Source: an uncultured archaeon (GTDB taxonomy: Archaea > Thermoplasmatota > Thermoplasmata > Thermoplasmatales > Thermoplasmataceae). From it: a stretch of DNA of 64,000 nucleotides. The stretch is taken from NCBI GenBank assembly GCA_000965745.1, contig CP009479.1:1-64000 (forward strand), given 5' to 3'. A program made the translations under genes and the position numbers. Below are positions 35,601 to 46,012 of this stretch, piece by piece; positions within the stretch are counted from its first letter, which is position 1, and the number at the start of each line of letters is the position of its first letter. The notes beneath the pieces were generated by a model. It saw only the letters and a list, made by a program, of their open reading frames with translations, had not been told where the DNA came from and made no database searches.

Positions 35601-36204
35601 GCGATACAATAACCCTCTCAGACCCGCCGATAATGAAGTATCCTCCCGGGTCGTTGGGGTCCTCCCCTACATACTGGAGCTTCTCCGTCCTGGAAGAGTT
35701 GATTGGGCCGTTGTTTTTCTCTATGTAATTGTCGAGGTTTGTGCCATGAAGGGTGCAAACCTTTGATCGTATCATGACAGGCAGATCGCCTATCTTTATG
35801 TTTTCAGGATCTTTCTCGACTCCATCGTCGACGATCCTGAGTTTGAGTGCGATGGGGGCCATATAGTTAAGGTCCCTCAGTCTGGCTTCATTTGGCGTTA
35901 TCTGGTTTGAGGCGCCAGACGCCTCCTTTATCTCCGGAGTCTCCACCCATATTGTGGGGTCCCCTACGAATCTCCCACTTTCCCTGGTCCTGCCGAAATA
36001 GATCTTGATGTCCCTTCCGCCTGTCTTTGCAGGGTCAAGGGTCATGACCCCCGGATGGTCCTCGTCGGTTACCTTGGTTTCGTCTACAATTTTCTGCATC
36101 CCATTGTCTGCATTGTATTTTGTGGCCACAAAATAGTTCATGGATTCAATCTGGTGGTTCACTACGCTTTCATTTTTGAAAAATAAATCTACTAACTCCT
36201 TCAT
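32614..36204 (-). CDS. rpoB: RNA polymerase subunit B (Rpo2, unsplit)
   Basis: [21 protein letters not shown]-terminal zinc ribbon. Confidence 0.98.
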
Positions 36205-36464
36205 TTGAAAATCTCACCACTTATTGCCCTGTAATAGATAGAAAATCCAGCAGTAGGACTCTTCCTCACGATTCGAATAATCCTCCCCTCTTCGAGGGGT
36301 CCGTGTATATCTTCCAATGCCTTTACGGCAGGGTCGTTTCTACTTATTTTCGGCAACAGGTCTTTTGCTATGTTTAACTCCTTTAAAACCTTATCTTCAT
36401 CTTCCTTTTTGACTAAATGATGCTCAGGCACGAGCTCATGTCGCAACACGTTAAGCTTTCCCAT
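36201..36464 (-). CDS. rpoH: RNA polymerase subunit H (Rpo5)
   Basis: HELVPEH, LPKI..DP, RKSPTAG; ATG follows an AGGAGG RBS. Confidence 0.95.
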   Translation of the reverse strand: MGKLNVLRHELVPEHHLVKKEDEDKVLKELNIAKDLLPKISRNDPAVKALEDIHGPLEEGRIIRIVRKSPTAGFSIYYRAISGEIFK

Positions 36465-36481
36465 TGTTTGTCCCTCCTTTA

Positions 36482-36555
36482 CGGGCCCGGAGGGGTTTGA
36501 ACCCCCGACCACCTGGTTAAAAGCCAGATGCTCTACCTAGCTGAGCTACGGGCCC
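36482..36555 (-). tRNA. tRNA-Lys (TTT)
   Basis: GGGCCCGTAGCTCAG...CTGGCTTTTAACCAG...GGTTCAAACCCCTCCGGGCCCG cloverleaf. Confidence 0.96.
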
Positions 36556-36683
36556 CATATAACCGGGAATCTTGATTGGCTTTCAGAATATAAATATTGT
36601 CTAATGGTTTTTGCCGGGAAAGCTCACTCTGCAAAAGGTTAATCGATGCAATCTATTTTACCATCGCTCTCCTATTCACTTTC

Positions 36684-37529
36684 ATGACCTCTAGCATCAT
36701 AATACCTATGATCACGCCACACAAAAAGGGGAGGCTCGACCTTGAAGCTCTTGAAGGGCTGCTTGAATATGCGAGCCTGAACAGCTTTGATGGTGCCTTT
36801 GCTGCAAGTTCAACCGGAGGCTGTGCATCACTTTCATACAAGAGGCATCTCGAGGTGCTTGGGGAAGTTGTCAAGATGTCCCCGGGGATCAAACTGTTTG
36901 CGAACATTTCAAGGAATGATCTTGAAGAGACCCTTGACATGATGAAAGATGCTGAAGACATAGGGTATGAGAACCTGGTCATTATCAACCCCTACTACCA
37001 CAGGTATTCGCAGGAGAGCATGAGGAAGTACTTCTCTGATATTGCCTCAGGGACCCATGAGAGCTTGTATTTGTACAACAACCCGTCCCTGACAGGGCTC
37101 ACCGTATCTCCCGAGACAGTAGCTTCTTTGAGTTCGGAGCATTCATCAATAAGGGGGATTAAAGATAGCGGCGGAGACCTTGACAGATTCTCAGATTTCC
37201 TCCAGATTCCCGGATTGGAGGTTTACCAGGGAAAGGACCACCTGCTTGAGGAATCTGTAAGGATGGGTGCCTATGGCGGGGTCTGCAGCACTTCAAATTT
37301 TTCGCTTAACACACTTCATGTGGCCCATGATTCCGGTGACGTATCACCTTATACGGAGAAGATAAGGAAAGTTACGGAAATTATGAAGAAACACGAAGTC
37401 CCCGCATTCCACAACTACCTGTTCAGGAAGTTTGTACTTGGCGAAAAGAGCCCGTCAGACTACATGAACAGCCCCTTCTCAGACCTTCCAAACCCGCCGG
37501 GTGACCAGGAGCTTCTTGATTTGCTGTAA
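36684..37529 (+). CDS. DapA/NAL-family aldolase (KDG aldolase-like)
   Basis: SSTGG, INPYY, LYNNPSLTG, GIKDSGGD. Confidence 0.87.
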   Translation: MTSSIIIPMITPHKKGRLDLEALEGLLEYASLNSFDGAFAASSTGGCASLSYKRHLEVLGEVVKMSPGIKLFANISRNDLEETLDMMKDAEDIGYENLVIINPYYHRYSQESMRKYFSDIASGTHESLYLYNNPSLTGLTVSPETVASLSSEHSSIRGIKDSGGDLDRFSDFLQIPGLEVYQGKDHLLEESVRMGAYGGVCSTSNFSLNTLHVAHDSGDVSPYTEKIRKVTEIMKKHEVPAFHNYLFRKFVLGEKSPSDYMNSPFSDLPNPPGDQELLDLL

Positions 37530-37567
37530 ATTCGATACAAATTTAAATTTCAATGCTATCTCGGAGT

Positions 37568-38593
37568 ATGAAAGTTAATATAGATGGCGAGGCAAAGACT
37601 CTGTTTGCCGTCTGGTACCATGACAATACCGTGAAGCTGATAGACCAGAGAAAAATCCCCGGCAAGGTTGAAATTTTTACAGCCACCAAGACCGAAGACA
37701 TCGTGTACGCGATAAAGGACATGGTCGTAAGGGGTGCCCCTGCCATTGGGGTCACTGCCGCATTCGGCCTCGCCATGGCTAAACTCAATAACGAGGACAT
37801 GAAAAAGGCGGTGGATGATATATCCAGGACAAGGCCCACTGCCTTTGACCTTTTCAAGGCAATAAGATTCATGGAAGACAATAACTTTGACCTTGGCGCT
37901 GCAAGGAGATATGCCAATGAGATATCCGGGAGGTGCAAGAAGATTGGTGAGCACGGGAACGAACTCATATCGGACGGGGCGAGGCTCCTGACTCACTGCA
38001 ATGCAGGCGCTCTCGCTGTCCTTGACTGGGGGACTGCCCTTGCACCCATGAGATATGCCAGGAGAGAGGGAAAGGATATTTTCGTCTACGTTGATGAGAC
38101 GAGGCCAAGGCTCCAGGGAGCAAGGCTCACCGCCTGGGAACTGGCGCAGGAAGGCATAGACCATGCGATAATTGCAGACAATGCAGCGGGATACTTCATG
38201 AAGAAGAAGGATGTCAACATGGTCATTGTTGGTGCAGACAGGATCGCCCCGAACGGAGATTTTGCAAACAAGATAGGCACATACGAGAAGGCGGTGCTCG
38301 CCAGGGAGAATGGTATACCTTTCTACGTTGCTGCACCCGGAAGCACCTTCGACTTCTCAATCAAAAGCGGCGATGACATACCTATAGAAGAGAGAAGCCA
38401 GGATGAGGTGATGATCATAAACGGAAGCAGGATCGGCCCGGAAGAGAGCAGCGCTCGAAACCCTGCTTTCGATGTCACGCCTGCCAAATACGTTACCGGT
38501 TTCATAACGGAGTACGGAATATTCGGCCCGGGAGATCTTGCGTCGCTCAGGGCGGTCATGGACAAGGACCTGTTCATGAAAGTGCCGGCTTGA
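37568..38593 (+). CDS. mtnA: Methylthioribose-1-phosphate isomerase (eIF-2B family)
   Basis: MVVRGAPAIG, THCNAG.LA, DETRPRLQG, VGADRI, NKIGT, NPAFDVTP. Confidence 0.9.
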   Translation: MKVNIDGEAKTLFAVWYHDNTVKLIDQRKIPGKVEIFTATKTEDIVYAIKDMVVRGAPAIGVTAAFGLAMAKLNNEDMKKAVDDISRTRPTAFDLFKAIRFMEDNNFDLGAARRYANEISGRCKKIGEHGNELISDGARLLTHCNAGALAVLDWGTALAPMRYARREGKDIFVYVDETRPRLQGARLTAWELAQEGIDHAIIADNAAGYFMKKKDVNMVIVGADRIAPNGDFANKIGTYEKAVLARENGIPFYVAAPGSTFDFSIKSGDDIPIEERSQDEVMIINGSRIGPEESSARNPAFDVTPAKYVTGFITEYGIFGPGDLASLRAVMDKDLFMKVPA

Positions 38594-38642
38594 TCCTTCA
38601 AACGGCAATAGATCTGCAGAATAATTCAAAAGAGGTGCAATA

Positions 38643-39779
38643 TTGACAGAAAAGCCAGGTATCACTCCGTGGGAGGTCAGCAACGAGCTTAAGGAGACCG
38701 ACTACGACAGGATAGCCAATGAATTCGGGGCAAAGCTGATTGACGGCCAAATGATCTCAAGGATCAAGAAGATAGCGGGAGAAGTGCACCCGTTCCTTAC
38801 CCATCGCATTTTCTTTTCACACCGGGACCTGGACATAGCACTGGACAGCTATGAGAAGGGCAACAAATTCTATCTTTATACGGGAAGAGGCCCGTCGGGG
38901 GAGATGCACCTCGGGCACCTGCTTCCTTTCGTTTTCACTAAGTGGCTTCAGGACAGGTTTGACGTGGATCTCATCGTGCAGATAACAGATGATGAGAAGT
39001 ACCTGTTCAGGGACGTGAATGAGAGGGACCTGGAGAAGTATACAAAGCAGAACATCCTTGACATCCTGAGTGTGGGGTTCAGGCCTGAAAAGACACACGT
39101 CCTCGTCGATACACATCACTCAGGCCTCCTGTATAATCAGGCGATAAAAGTTTCCAAGCACATAACCGCATCATCGGTTAAGGCCGTCTTTGGCTTCTCG
39201 GACAGCGACAACATAGGGAAATATTTCTTCACGAGCATGCAGTCTGTCCCGGCATTCATCATGTCAGTACTCAAGGGGAGGAATGTGAGGTGCATGATTC
39301 CGTATGCAATTGACCAGGACCCGCACTTCAAGCTTTCAAGGGATGTACTTCCAAAACTGGGATACTACAAACCTTCCTCAATAATCTCAAAGTTCATACC
39401 TTCTCTCAAGGGAGGCGGAAAAATGTCATCATCAGACCGCACAACAGGAATATATCTCGACGATGACCCGAAGACTGTGAGGCGCAAACTCATGAAATAC
39501 GCTTTCTCGGGTGGAAGGGATACTGCGGAGGAACAGAGAAAATACGGAGCTAATCCCGACATAGACTTCGCCTTCAACGTATACAGGATGCTTGAGCCCG
39601 ACATCGGCAAGACTTCCAGGGTCTATGAGGATTACAGGAGCGGGAAAATGCTAAGTGGAGAGATGAAGGGGCTTGCTGCGGACATGATAAATGAGTTTCT
39701 GGCCAGGATACAATCACAGAGGGAGATCGTAGAGAAGGACTATGACAGCTACATGTTCGATCCCTCAAAGCTTCAGTAA
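38643..39779 (+). CDS. trpS: Tryptophanyl-tRNA synthetase
   Basis: YTGRGPS..MHLGH, IDQDPHF, KMSSS, AFSGGR. Confidence 0.96.
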   Translation: MTEKPGITPWEVSNELKETDYDRIANEFGAKLIDGQMISRIKKIAGEVHPFLTHRIFFSHRDLDIALDSYEKGNKFYLYTGRGPSGEMHLGHLLPFVFTKWLQDRFDVDLIVQITDDEKYLFRDVNERDLEKYTKQNILDILSVGFRPEKTHVLVDTHHSGLLYNQAIKVSKHITASSVKAVFGFSDSDNIGKYFFTSMQSVPAFIMSVLKGRNVRCMIPYAIDQDPHFKLSRDVLPKLGYYKPSSIISKFIPSLKGGGKMSSSDRTTGIYLDDDPKTVRRKLMKYAFSGGRDTAEEQRKYGANPDIDFAFNVYRMLEPDIGKTSRVYEDYRSGKMLSGEMKGLAADMINEFLARIQSQREIVEKDYDSYMFDPSKLQ

Positions 39780-39922
39780 CTTGGTGCCTTTTTCGCCCCC
39801 AACAGATATATGCAGGGCTGGGTCCACACCTTAGGGTGTGTGATTGGATCCCGGCCCTCTCTTTCCACCTTCTTTTCAGAATCAGCTGATGTTCTCTTCA
39901 GGCCCCCTTGATTCGATGTAGG

Positions 39923-40943
39923 TCACTGCGACGGGGAATTGATGGCAGAATGCCTGATGATTCTGTCATTGACGCGAAAGGATACCGATCCAGTAACCCG
40001 GGGAAGTTCGTTTGTACCCTTCCCATGTTCCAATGCGTTCCTGTAAAGCATGTCCCGGAAGTATGCATCATGAAGGTCCGAGTACTTCAACTCCTCGGTT
40101 GAATCCTTACGTATCCAGGCTACATGGTCTTCATAGAACTGGAAAATGCCGCCGTAATATTGTGAATAGGCCCGTTCTGCGAGGATTACCCCGGGAACAA
40201 ATGCCAGTATTGAAAATATTAACATGCCGGCAGCCGCCTCAATTGGTGCAGAAATGTAACCCATAAGTGCGGGGTAAGACCCGTTGCAAGTGCCATGGGA
40301 ATTTTTTATAATTGCAAAGAAAGTCGCGGGGGCAACAGACGGGGCAAGTATTGCGGCAGGGAGTGCGAGGCTCCTTCCACGTTCACCGAGCATAAATGCG
40401 GGCCCGACTTCGGCTCATGGATTTCCTTTCACTGCCTGATTATACGCACGCACGAATGTAATACCTTCTATGCGCAAAACTGAGGACACGTAAACGCCAG
40501 GGCATCTCACCAATAGTTGAAAAGAAGGGCATAATTCCTTCGAAAACTGATAGCATGAGGTCAGCTCTGCCCCTCCCGGTGTGCATCCGGGAGTGCTTTC
40601 AAAAGAGTGCTGCATTTGCATCCACAACCAGGGAGGCGCTTCAGGGTACAGGCGTTTCAGAACTTTGGAAAACCAGCCTGAAATGCCACGGCCCGATACT
40701 GCAAAAGAAAAACAACTGGGTGGGAGATAAATACAAAATATGTAAAAATTACAGCGGAAATAGAACCATAGAGATTCCAAAAGCCACTACTGCAGCCATG
40801 GATATGAACAGAAGCTTTACGAGTTTGACATCAAGGACTTCCTCTTGAACTTCGCCCATACCGGTTTCAGGTGTGAGTTCCTTCCTGTATGCTGCGATTC
40901 CTCTCCTCTTGATTATGTGTTCATGGGCATGTATGTCATTCAT
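39923..40943 (-). pseudogene. Degraded membrane-protein gene(s)
   Basis: Chain of short hydrophobic minus-strand ORFs (40749-40943, 39923-40393) broken by stops. Confidence 0.35.
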
Positions 40944-41276
40944 TTCGATCCCAGGTACATAATCAACGGGTTACAGATGAACGGTTAGCCTCAAATATTA
41001 GGGAAAAGTAGCCACAATTTCATGCATACCCGCCATAACAGCCTATTTCCATTACATTCTCCAGAAACAGGCTTTTGCCGGCACATTATCCTGCCCCTGT
41101 TTTTAAAAAATCGCTTAAATACCGGACCGGCTAAATATTAAGATTTCACAATGAGACTGATCACTTTCCTAAGCTTAAAAATTCTATCCCAGTGTCCGAT
41201 TATTAAGTTACCCGTTCCATCATAATTGAGGTGCACCGTATTAGTATAGCCACAGGATAGACTGTTGTGATTACCT

Positions 41277-41930
41277 ATGGAAATCGGTAAGAGAACATAT
41301 ATTGTGGCAATTGTTGTAATAATTGCTGTAGCAGGTTTTGGCATTTCATATAATGTTGCCAATGCTGTGGCGCAGAATTCCACAGCGAACAATTCAGGCA
41401 CATATGCCGTTACCCTGGTGGTTACCACTAACAACATTTTCAACCAGACTGTTGGCGATCAGCCGGCATATTACGTGCTTGAGAACGGAACGCTCCAGTC
41501 CTCTGCAGTGATAAGCTTCCCTGCTGGAAAAATGATAAGCCTCACCATAATAAATTATGATGACGGCCCGGCCGATGTTGCGTCCCAGTATGCCAATGTC
41601 GTGGGAACTACCGGCAACCAGATAACCATAATAAATGACACAAACGTGAACTCGAGCCAGGGAACAAGTGGAATCAATGTATCCGGAGGGTCTGTTGTAT
41701 CAAAGGTTCCTGACACGAACATAGCACACACGTTTACAGTAATGGGAACCTCCAGCAATGTTCTGCTTAACATACCTGTCCCGCCATCCAGCGTTGTCCA
41801 CGCAACATTCACCCTGAACTCGGGAAGCTATACCTGGCAGTGTGAAGCAGCCTGTGGAAGCGGAAGTGCTGGATGGGGCGGTGCAATGAGCACACCCGGC
41901 TGGATGACCGGAACTGTATCAGTGGCATAA
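41277..41930 (+). CDS. Membrane-anchored/secreted cupredoxin (sulfocyanin-like)
   Basis: N-terminal TM helix, many N-x-S/T sequons, AHTFTV, SGSYTWQCEAACG...GGAMSTPGWMTGTVSV. Confidence 0.8.
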   Translation: MEIGKRTYIVAIVVIIAVAGFGISYNVANAVAQNSTANNSGTYAVTLVVTTNNIFNQTVGDQPAYYVLENGTLQSSAVISFPAGKMISLTIINYDDGPADVASQYANVVGTTGNQITIINDTNVNSSQGTSGINVSGGSVVSKVPDTNIAHTFTVMGTSSNVLLNIPVPPSSVVHATFTLNSGSYTWQCEAACGSGSAGWGGAMSTPGWMTGTVSVA

Positions 41931-41942
41931 ACATCCCAATAC

Positions 41943-41968
41943 CTTTTTTTATTTTTTATACGCTTTTT
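41943..41968 (+). terminator. T-rich archaeal terminator
   Basis: Runs of T immediately after the cupredoxin stop. Confidence 0.5.
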
Positions 41969-42357
41969 CCCAACATTAGTGCTCTATTTTCCTTTGACGC
42001 CAGGCTGGTGGAAGGTGCCAACCCAAATCACCTGTGACGAAATGCGAACATATAACAGAAATTCGTCCTTCAGCCAGGGGGCCAAAGTCTGCTAACCGAC
42101 GGTGAAATGCAACAGGGCCCGCATATTGTGGGGAGAGATCCGGCTGCATTTTTTTGGTGTTGCAGCAGTTGGGGTTAGCCTTTTTTCAACCATTGGAGAC
42201 TCTGAACTTCAATTAGCCTCCAGTTTATATATATTAACCTTTCCGGCAAGCTATTCCAGATTATACTCATTTTGTTAACTAATTAGATAACAAAATACCC
42301 TTTTTTACCTTACACTTGAGGTTTGCATTTTATTTTATTACGGAATATCATATATCA

Positions 42358-42903
42358 ATGAAGACTGTCGGGAAGCATCTGAGTGAGTGGGCTCTCGATC
42401 AGACCAATACCAGCTTTGAGTTCCAGATTCGCCATATGGTCGTTTCCACCGTCCATGGCAAATTCACAAAATTCTCCGGCATTTTCAGGGGAGACCCTGA
42501 AAACCCGGTCGATTCACTGGTTGACCTGGTTCTGGAAGGTGAGAGCCTTGACACACGGGACAGGATGCGAGACAAGAAACTGAAGGGCACCAAGTTCTTC
42601 GATGTTGAGCACTACCCCCATGTAAGATTCTGGAGCACGGGAATAGAAGTGAAAGAGGAAAACAAGTACAAGGTACGGGGCCAGCTCAAGATCAGGGACA
42701 TAACCAAGGAAGTGACCCTTGCATGCGAAATACTGAGGCCTAATTCCGAGACTTTCAACTTCGAGGTAAACGGAAAGGTGAACAGCGAAGACTATGGCCT
42801 GAAATGGAAATCTTTCTATGACCCGGGAAACGTTTTCGTGGGCAGCACAGTCAGAATAAACGTTCAGGGAAGGTTCAAGCTTGAAAAGACTTCCCCTGAA
42901 TAA
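42358..42903 (+). CDS. YceI family lipid/polyisoprenoid-binding protein
   Basis: W.LD..F.IRHMVVSTVHGKF, DTRDRMRD, FFDVEHYP.V.F.ST, L.IRDITKEV. Confidence 0.9.
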   Translation: MKTVGKHLSEWALDQTNTSFEFQIRHMVVSTVHGKFTKFSGIFRGDPENPVDSLVDLVLEGESLDTRDRMRDKKLKGTKFFDVEHYPHVRFWSTGIEVKEENKYKVRGQLKIRDITKEVTLACEILRPNSETFNFEVNGKVNSEDYGLKWKSFYDPGNVFVGSTVRINVQGRFKLEKTSPE

Positions 42904-42948
42904 AGCGGGATTGAAACTGCAGATGTGTGAGGTTGGAGATAACTCTTC

Positions 42949-43578
42949 TCACAGATTGTTGTCAAAATAATTTTTCACTATTTTCTTAAGTCCTCTCCTT
43001 AGAACATCCCTAAGGGAGGATGTTGAAACTCCAAGACCTTCCGCGACTTCCTTCATTGATGTCTGCCTGTCAGGTTCGAAATATCCTTTTTTCAGGGATA
43101 TAAGAAGTATTTCCCTTTCCCTGTCTGTCAGCGTAAGTTTCGAGCCTTCTTCAAGGCTAATCAGCCTCGGTTCCAGGTCGTTCTTCTCCATGTCCTTCAG
43201 TATAACGTCAAGCTTCCTCTTTGAACTGACAAGTACCCTGTAGAGAATGTGCTCCCTGTCGGCTGCCTTGTTGCTGAGAACTGCCATGTCAGAATTGGCG
43301 ACAAACTTGCATGCTGTGCAGCTTACCCCTTCAGCCCAGATTGATTTCTTCCCTTCCCTGGTCACTTTGGTTATGACTCCCCTGAGTTCCCTCATCTTGG
43401 AAATCATGTTCTCCCTGTCTATAGTGCATGTTATCTTGTGCATGGTGAGTTCAGGGCCTATCTTCAGCCTCTTGACCTCTGCCTTCGGATCCTTCTGGTT
43501 TACTACATTGGTAACCCAGCAATCAGTTCTTGACACCTCTATCAGGGCTTCTACTGAATTCTTGGAATTAGCTGACAT
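42949..43578 (-). CDS. HTH-10 (bacterio-opsin activator-like) transcriptional regulator
   Basis: LTDREREIL...GYFEPDR..EVAEGLGVS...LRR. Confidence 0.9.
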   Translation of the reverse strand: MSANSKNSVEALIEVSRTDCWVTNVVNQKDPKAEVKRLKIGPELTMHKITCTIDRENMISKMRELRGVITKVTREGKKSIWAEGVSCTACKFVANSDMAVLSNKAADREHILYRVLVSSKRKLDVILKDMEKNDLEPRLISLEEGSKLTLTDREREILLISLKKGYFEPDRQTSMKEVAEGLGVSTSSLRDVLRRGLKKIVKNYFDNNL

Positions 43579-43831
43579 TTATTTACACCAATCTCCTTAA
43601 TATTACTAGAGGGTTTATGGTTTTTAGGTCTTCTTAGCAAGGCCCTTCAGCGGCAAACACAGAATTTGCTGTATTTTTCCGAAGTTGGCAATGCACTCTC
43701 GCGAACCCTGTAGTACTTAATAAATTACAGTCTGCTATTATATGCTTTACATTTAATATTGTGATTTCTGAATCAGAGTAAGAGGAAAGTAATAAGTGTC
43801 ATAGTATGCATCCCGGAGAGGTAATGGGCAA

Positions 43832-44851
43832 GTGACACCGGGCGAAGCTGATCCAATGAATGGAGGAGACAGAAATGCGGGCCGGGCTGACGAGGACCTG
43901 GATTTTTTTCTTTACCTGTGCAGATTTATCCACGAGGGGTATTACAATATCAGGATAACCTGGGGAGAGGTCAGGAACCTCTTTTCCTTCGCAGTGAAAG
44001 GCAATCCGCATGATGTCTGCACGCGCATGAAAACTGATGGATATACGGAGAGTGTTGAAGATTCAGACCCATTCATGATACTTCGCAGAATTGATGTCCA
44101 TCTCTCCAGGGAAAGCGAGGAACGAATTATTTCAGGCTTCTTTGACCGTATGAGGAAGGTCCCGCTTGCACATAACGTGGCAATGATTTCATACCTTCAG
44201 AAGAGCCTGATCATGGGGATCATAGGATCATTCTACGACCACGAGCTTGATTTTGCATCAACCCCTGACGAGCGCGTACTTATATCAGCAGTGACCTCGG
44301 ATTATTTCATTTCAAACGAAATAGTATCAGGGTACCTTGAGAAGGACATTTCCGATGATGAGTATGGTAACCCCGATATGGAGAAATACCTGGAGAACCC
44401 CTGGTTCAACGAGCTCATACTGATCATTAAGAACGGGTACTATGGAAATGGGGGGTTCAACTATATCGACACCCTCGAGAGCTCTTTCAGGGTTGAGTTC
44501 ACGACAGGAATCCTTGAGATCATCCGGAATGGCGGCCTTCTCTGGCTCATACTCAATTTCAGGGAGTTCATAAAAGGAGAGCCTGCCGACAGAACAATAA
44601 AGAAGTTTGTCAAGAAGAGGCGCGACGAAGGCAAGATCAACAGGCTTTACGACTGGATGAGCATCGGGAATGATTTCGCAGTGGGCATTGAATTTCTAGT
44701 TGGAAGTGTGGAGTTTTTCCCCAGCTACAACCCCACCGTAGGCATATACCTCTTCATAATCGGGAGCACGCAGCTGCTGATAAGGCCGGTGATATCGACC
44801 AGCAGGAAGATACACCTGCACAAGCTGAAGAAAAGGAGAATAAAATTCTGA
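43832..44851 (+). CDS. Hypothetical protein with C-terminal YrhK-like membrane domain
   Basis: NDFAVGIEFLVGSVEFF...YLFIIGSTQLLIRP; start uncertain. Confidence 0.75.
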   Translation: MTPGEADPMNGGDRNAGRADEDLDFFLYLCRFIHEGYYNIRITWGEVRNLFSFAVKGNPHDVCTRMKTDGYTESVEDSDPFMILRRIDVHLSRESEERIISGFFDRMRKVPLAHNVAMISYLQKSLIMGIIGSFYDHELDFASTPDERVLISAVTSDYFISNEIVSGYLEKDISDDEYGNPDMEKYLENPWFNELILIIKNGYYGNGGFNYIDTLESSFRVEFTTGILEIIRNGGLLWLILNFREFIKGEPADRTIKKFVKKRRDEGKINRLYDWMSIGNDFAVGIEFLVGSVEFFPSYNPTVGIYLFIIGSTQLLIRPVISTSRKIHLHKLKKRRIKF

Positions 44852-44953
44852 ATTTTTCAATTAAACAGCATCCTCAAAACGCGTTCCTGAACTTTCAGCA
44901 ATATAAGTAATAATTTCACAAACACGGTTTGAGCCGCATTTGTGAATTTAAGA

Positions 44954-45075
44954 GTATGACAGCGAATCGTAGTTCCCATCCCCTCGCGGAAGACAGTACG
45001 CATACGAAACGTGGTGGACTTTACCGTCGGGTTCGGAATGAGACCGGGTGTTTCCCCACCACTGTGGCCGTCACA
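44954..45075 (-). rRNA. rrf: 5S rRNA (stand-alone)
   Basis: GACGGCCACAGTGGTGGGGAAACACCCGGTCTCATTCCGAACCCG...GTACTG...GGGAAC...CGCTGTCA; ends approximate. Confidence 0.95.
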
Positions 45076-45135
45076 ATACCCTAATTTTAAACGTCTATAA
45101 ATGCCTTTCTATGCGAAAGCTGCAATACACCAATT

Positions 45136-46008
45136 TCATGTTCCAGTTATTCTCAGATTGCCGTTTGAAGTCTTCATGCTCACAGATGCCCCTCCCCCGT
45201 TCATGGTGCCTTCAAGAGTGTGGGAAGAGCTGACTGTTGTTTCTACCACCAGATTGATGACTGCTATATTGCCATTCACTGTGGAAAGTGCAAGAGTGGC
45301 GTTCGACAGCTTGTTAATGTACAGATCCTGATTCCCGTTCACAGAATTGAGGCTGTACGTCCCCGACTTCAGAATTTCGGAAATTGTGAGGTGGAGGTTC
45401 CCGTTAACAGTGTTTTCATTGCAGCTGGAAAGGTTTACGGCGGTTACGTCGATATTGCCATTCACGGTCGATGCATAGACCCTGCCGCTGCTGAGGCCGG
45501 ATGTGCCGATATTCCCGTTCGTGGTTGAAAGTGTCATGTTAACTGCGTTAAGCGCACCATAGACGTTTTCGTTGCCGTTTGAAGTCTCGGCGGTAAGGTA
45601 ACCCGCGGTTGCCCCGGAAGGCAGGTACAGCTTTGCATTTGCGGTAAAGGCGGCGAAGAACCTTGGCGTGTTTACAACGAGGTTTACGGAGTCCCCCACC
45701 ACTTCCCTGCTGATGTATACATTCTCGTTGCTCAGCCTTACCCAGCCCGAGACGGTGACATCAACATAAATTGAGTTGTTTCCGCCCTGGTAAATTTGAA
45801 TGTTTGAGTCATTTGCAGATATTGAGATGCTGTAAGAGGATGCCGGCGGTGAAATTGTGAGATCTGTGTGGTATTCCTGGTAGGGTGACAGCAGCCCTAT
45901 TCCCGGCAGTGACACTATGGCTATCAGCGAGGCGCCGACGATTGACGCCACTACGATTATCATGGTTGCAATGCGCACATTCCTCTTGTACCTGGAGTTG
46001 TCGTCCAT
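45136..46008 (-). CDS. DUF4097-like beta-repeat membrane-anchored protein
   Basis: N-terminal TM plus repeated (S/T)xNGNx motifs. Confidence 0.85.
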   Translation of the reverse strand: MDDNSRYKRNVRIATMIIVVASIVGASLIAIVSLPGIGLLSPYQEYHTDLTISPPASSYSISISANDSNIQIYQGGNNSIYVDVTVSGWVRLSNENVYISREVVGDSVNLVVNTPRFFAAFTANAKLYLPSGATAGYLTAETSNGNENVYGALNAVNMTLSTTNGNIGTSGLSSGRVYASTVNGNIDVTAVNLSSCNENTVNGNLHLTISEILKSGTYSLNSVNGNQDLYINKLSNATLALSTVNGNIAVINLVVETTVSSSHTLEGTMNGGGASVSMKTSNGNLRITGT

Positions 46009-46012
46009 TTCC

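Noticed and set aside
36465-36512. N-terminal extension of RpoH in the ORF track
   Set aside because: Reads through tRNA-Lys; the real ATG is 36464
43781-43790. GAGGAAAGT, like the RNase P RNA CR-I motif
   Set aside because: No following CC and no partner P4 strand; context is an AT-rich promoter region
44954-45075. Unlinked 5S rRNA as a novelty
   Set aside because: Unlinked rRNA genes are established for Thermoplasmatales
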